Source of the DNA: the human T2T-CHM13v2.0 reference genome, Homo sapiens
DNA: 64,000 nucleotides
Reading direction: 5' to 3' (one strand)
Assembly (NCBI RefSeq): GCF_009914755.1
Contig: NC_060927.1
Each line of letters begins with the position of its first letter. Position 1 is the stretch's first letter. The notes beneath the pieces are model-generated. The model did not search any database. It was not told the origin of the DNA and was given only the letters and a program-made list of their open reading frames with translations. Both the position numbers and the translations under genes were made by a program. Positions 61,447 through 64,000 of the stretch are shown piece by piece.

Positions 61447-63162
61447 TAGCAGCTTCATTGGTAATTGTCAACATTTAGAAACAACCAAGAGATCTTTCAA
61501 TAGGTGAATGGATAAATAAACTGTGGTACATCCAGACAATGAAATATTCTTCAGCGCTGAAAAGAAATGAGCTATCAAGCCATGAAATAAATTTAACTTC
61601 ATATGACTAAGTGAAAGAAGCCAATCTGAAAAGGCTACATACTATACAATTCTAATTATATGGCATTCTGGAAAAGTCACAACTATGGAGACAATTAAAA
61701 GATCGGTGGTCATCAGGGGTTGGAGGGAAGGAGGGTTGTCTAGGCACAGCACGGAAGAGTCTCAAGGCAATGACACTATCCTGTATGATAGAATAGAGGG
61801 GGATGCATTTATCCAAACCCATAGAACGTTCAACACCGAGAGTGAATTCTAGTGTAAACTATGATTTGGGGTGATAATGTGTGCCAGTGTGGATTTGTTG
61901 ATTGTAACACATGTACCACACTGGTGAGGGATGTTGATAACGGGGAGCTATGCGTGTGTGGGGGCAGGAGATATACAGGAAATCTCTGTACCTCCTTCTC
62001 AATTATGCTGTGAACCGAAAACTGCTCTAAAAACTAAAGGCTATTAAAATTATTTTAAAAAATCATTTGGCCATAGTGTGGAAAAAGGATTGGATTTGGA
62101 GATGAGGAAGTAGAAGGCAGAATCGGGCTGCAGTCTAAGAGACCATTTATGAGCGTATCACCAGCATCCAGGCGTGAAAGGATGAGGGTCCCAGCCCAAC
62201 TATGCTAGTAAAATGAACCTGATGGAACCGACACAGGGGCTCACTATTTGCCTGTGGCTTGGCATACTCACCCTCTGAAAGGGGGCATAGAGTGGCTGGG
62301 GTGGGGGAACAATGATGTATCCCATCCTTGAATAGTACACAGAGAAAGCTGCCAGGAAGGATGCCCTGGAGGTGGGTGGGGCAGCAGGTAGGTAAAGCTA
62401 AGCAAAGGCTACCCTTGGCATCATCCTGGCTTACCTTGGCCTTGGCTCCTGGACTTGTCTTTCTCAACTGCAGCTTGCAGCGTTGACAGATGCACTCAGG
62501 GTCAGGATGCTTAGGTATAATTATGATCTTGCTGACTAGTGGGCCTTTCACTGAGCACTCATGACCTGCCAGCATTGCGCGTCCTTGAATACTCCTCACC
62601 ATCACCCTGCAAGGCAGGTTTTAATGTGACCCCGTTGTCAGATGAAAAAAACTGAGACTCGGAGAGGTCAAGCAAATACTGTACGTGGTGGAAACGGAAC
62701 TGGAGTTCAGTCTCTTGACTCTCTGCCCAGTGCCACAACCCTGCTGGAATTCAACAAGATAAAAAAAAACAAGGTCCTCTATGACCTTAAGAAAAGAGAT
62801 ATAAGAGGTTTTTTTTAAAAAAATGCGCTTTTTTTTTAACAAAAATTACACTTTTTTATTTTTATTTTTTAAATAATTTCAAAGTTGCAGAAAAATTACA
62901 AAAAAAGTGACAAGAACTCCCATATACTTTTCACCCAGATTCACCAAGTCTTTAAAAGTCGACTATATTGGCTTCATATATTGCCTTTGAATTCACGAGT
63001 TTAGACCATTTATATTTAATGTGATTATTGATATGTTGGGTTTACATGGAGCACCTTACTGTTTTAAATCTATTGTCTTGATATTTCTACATGTTTATTG
63101 ACTTTTTCTTCCCCTTTCTTCCTTTTCTTTCCACTTTTGAGTTAATTAAATATAATTTATGA

Positions 63163-63839
<677 letters not shown>

Positions 63840-64000
63840 ATGGTGCATATCTTTAACTCAAGTAATATTATATTTCTCATATAGAAACTTACAGGAGTAT
63901 GCTTCCATTTCTCCCCTCCCAATCTTTGTGCTATTGTTGCCACACATTTTACTTCTATGTATGTTATAAATTGTCCAATACATTGTTATTATTTTTCCTT

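Noticed and set aside
62147-62605. 152-aa minus-strand ORF (also 48266..48727 and 54047..54478)
   Set aside because: No recognisable homology, no splice context, and lengths compatible with chance in repeat or GC-rich DNA.

Overview
Primate (almost certainly human) genomic DNA containing the 3' third of OPA1 (mitochondrial inner-membrane dynamin-like GTPase) on the + strand. Seven coding exons (1551-1659, 2146-2225, 5474-5614, 7532-7648, 8953-9046, 9827-9937, 34705-34769/34774) splice GT-AG in one continuous frame to give the C-terminal ~238 aa ([10 protein letters not shown]...DAFIEALHQEK*). A wholly non-coding last exon/3'UTR follows (37248 to ~40453). The rest is intron (one of ~24.8 kb) and ~23 kb of more GC-rich downstream DNA, both rich in transposable elements: >20 Alus, a near-full-length Tigger1, MER47A, a Charlie1-type hAT element, Tigger4a, a complete two-LTR MST (ERVL-MaLR), and L1/L2/MIR fragments. 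Apart from OPA1 exon overlaps and Tigger1 transposase remnants, the supplied ORFs look like noise. I see no new multi-gene system. The best leads are: a 64-bp tandem duplication that builds a candidate poison exon in the long intron; a tiny TPRT insertion and a templated-insertion scar inside Tigger1; convergent CTCF-like motifs bracketing the gene end; close inverted Alu pairs; and an AATAAA overlapping the stop codon next to the last donor. Exon/residue numbers and repeat subfamily names are recalled from memory, not looked up.
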